Origin: Cytophagales bacterium
Lineage (GTDB): Bacteria; Bacteroidota; Bacteroidia; Cytophagales; JAHDFW01
NCBI GenBank assembly: GCA_965277185.1
Contig: CBDICC010000020.1
Span: 63,145 to 127,144 of the forward strand
DNA: 64,000 bases
Reading direction: 5' to 3'
The first letter of the stretch is position 1. Each line of letters begins with the position of its first letter. A program made the position numbers and the translations under genes. The notes under the pieces are model-generated. The model ran no database searches. It saw only the letters and a list, made by a program, of their open reading frames with translations, and was not told the DNA's origin. Of this stretch, positions 63,723 through 64,000 are shown in pieces.

Positions 63723-64000
63723 TTAGAATTTAACAATTTTTTTAGTAACACTTTCGTCTCCTTTTCCAATTCGTAAGAAGTATACTCCATTTTCCAATGT
63801 GGTAAGTGAAGATAGCGTAAAACTGTTTTTTCCAGCAGAAAATACTTTTTGCTCGTTGTAAAGGGTCTTACCAACTACATCTACAATTTGTATATTCATT
63901 GTTTTCGCTTGATCAATGTCAAATTCAATAAGTGCGTCTTGATCAAAAGGATTTGGATAAACGCTAAGCGCATTGGAAAGTGATTCCTTGATTCCAGTTG
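63723..64000 (-). CDS. 3' end (C-terminal roughly 90 aa) of a further M43/T9SS paralog, truncated by the window edge
   Basis: Minus-strand translation from the stop at 63723-63725 gives '...VYPNPFDQDALIEFDIDQAKTMNIQIVDVVGKTLYNEQKVFSAGKNSFTLSSLTTLENGVYFLRIGKGDESVTKKIVKF'. This is a near-copy of the C-terminus of 61195..63324, and the DNA is highly similar to 61195-61470. Confidence 0.65.
   Translation of the reverse strand, partial: TGIKESLSNALSVYPNPFDQDALIEFDIDQAKTMNIQIVDVVGKTLYNEQKVFSAGKNSFTLSSLTTLENGVYFLRIGKGDESVTKKIVKF

Noticed and set aside
1-64000. Mobile element, prophage or genomic-island signatures
   Set aside because: There is no integrase, transposase, tRNA or flanking direct repeat. 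The composition looks uniform by eye, and the repeats seen are microsatellites or intragenic domain repeats rather than IS termini.

Overview
This 64 kb window is AT-rich (roughly 36-38% GC by eye) and almost certainly from a Bacteroidota genome, Flavobacteriia-like. Several large secreted proteins end in type IX secretion system (T9SS) C-terminal sorting domains of both type A (Por_Secre_tail-like) and type B (gliding-motility-associated CTD). Most genes lie on the minus strand, and I found no transposase, integrase, tRNA, rRNA or CRISPR. Many ORF-track starts are TTG (the tool wrote them as M); where I could check, I give the first in-frame ATG as the likely start.

Gene content by position:
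(i) 0-9 kb: small membrane proteins, a dihydrofolate-reductase-family protein and a giant T9SS type-B surface protein.
(ii) 9.5-15.3 kb: a two-part oxidative-protein-repair neighbourhood. The first unit is selO, thioredoxin and a divergent MsrA paralog, translationally coupled. The second is msrB, msrA, a secreted TlpA-like thioredoxin and a small Cys-rich protein, downstream of an AraC regulator. A compound tandem-repeat tract lies between the two units.
(iii) 16.6 kb: gmhA. 17-21 kb: a T9SS type-A repeat protein and a beta-helix secreted protein.
(iv) 21-25 kb: a DNA-alkylation-repair enzyme, a membrane-anchored PP2C phosphatase, a DMT transporter and an enoyl-CoA hydratase.
(v) 25.7-36 kb: the most interesting locus. 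Five co-directional genes run YbjN/YjfI-like, PspA/IM30 (bacterial ESCRT-III), NfeD-like, flotillin (SPFH), then a 1691-aa cytoplasmic giant protein with a MoxR/AAA_5-type AAA+ module. An XRE-family HTH regulator is divergent from the first gene. I read this as a candidate membrane-remodelling or stress system in which a giant AAA+ ATPase is recruited to a PspA-flotillin-NfeD core.
(vi) 36-45 kb: GT2, MFS, a polytopic membrane protein, a DUF2339-like/DUF3999-like overlapping gene pair, an alpha/beta hydrolase and a DinB-family protein.
(vii) 45.8-64 kb: an aminopeptidase P, a TerB-ABC transporter fusion, a thioesterase, and five or more paralogous M43 (ulilysin/pappalysin-type, HExxHxxGxxH) zinc metalloproteases with PKD domains and T9SS type-A tails. 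Four plus a fifth truncated by the window edge sit in a head-to-tail array, several with their own rho-independent terminators.
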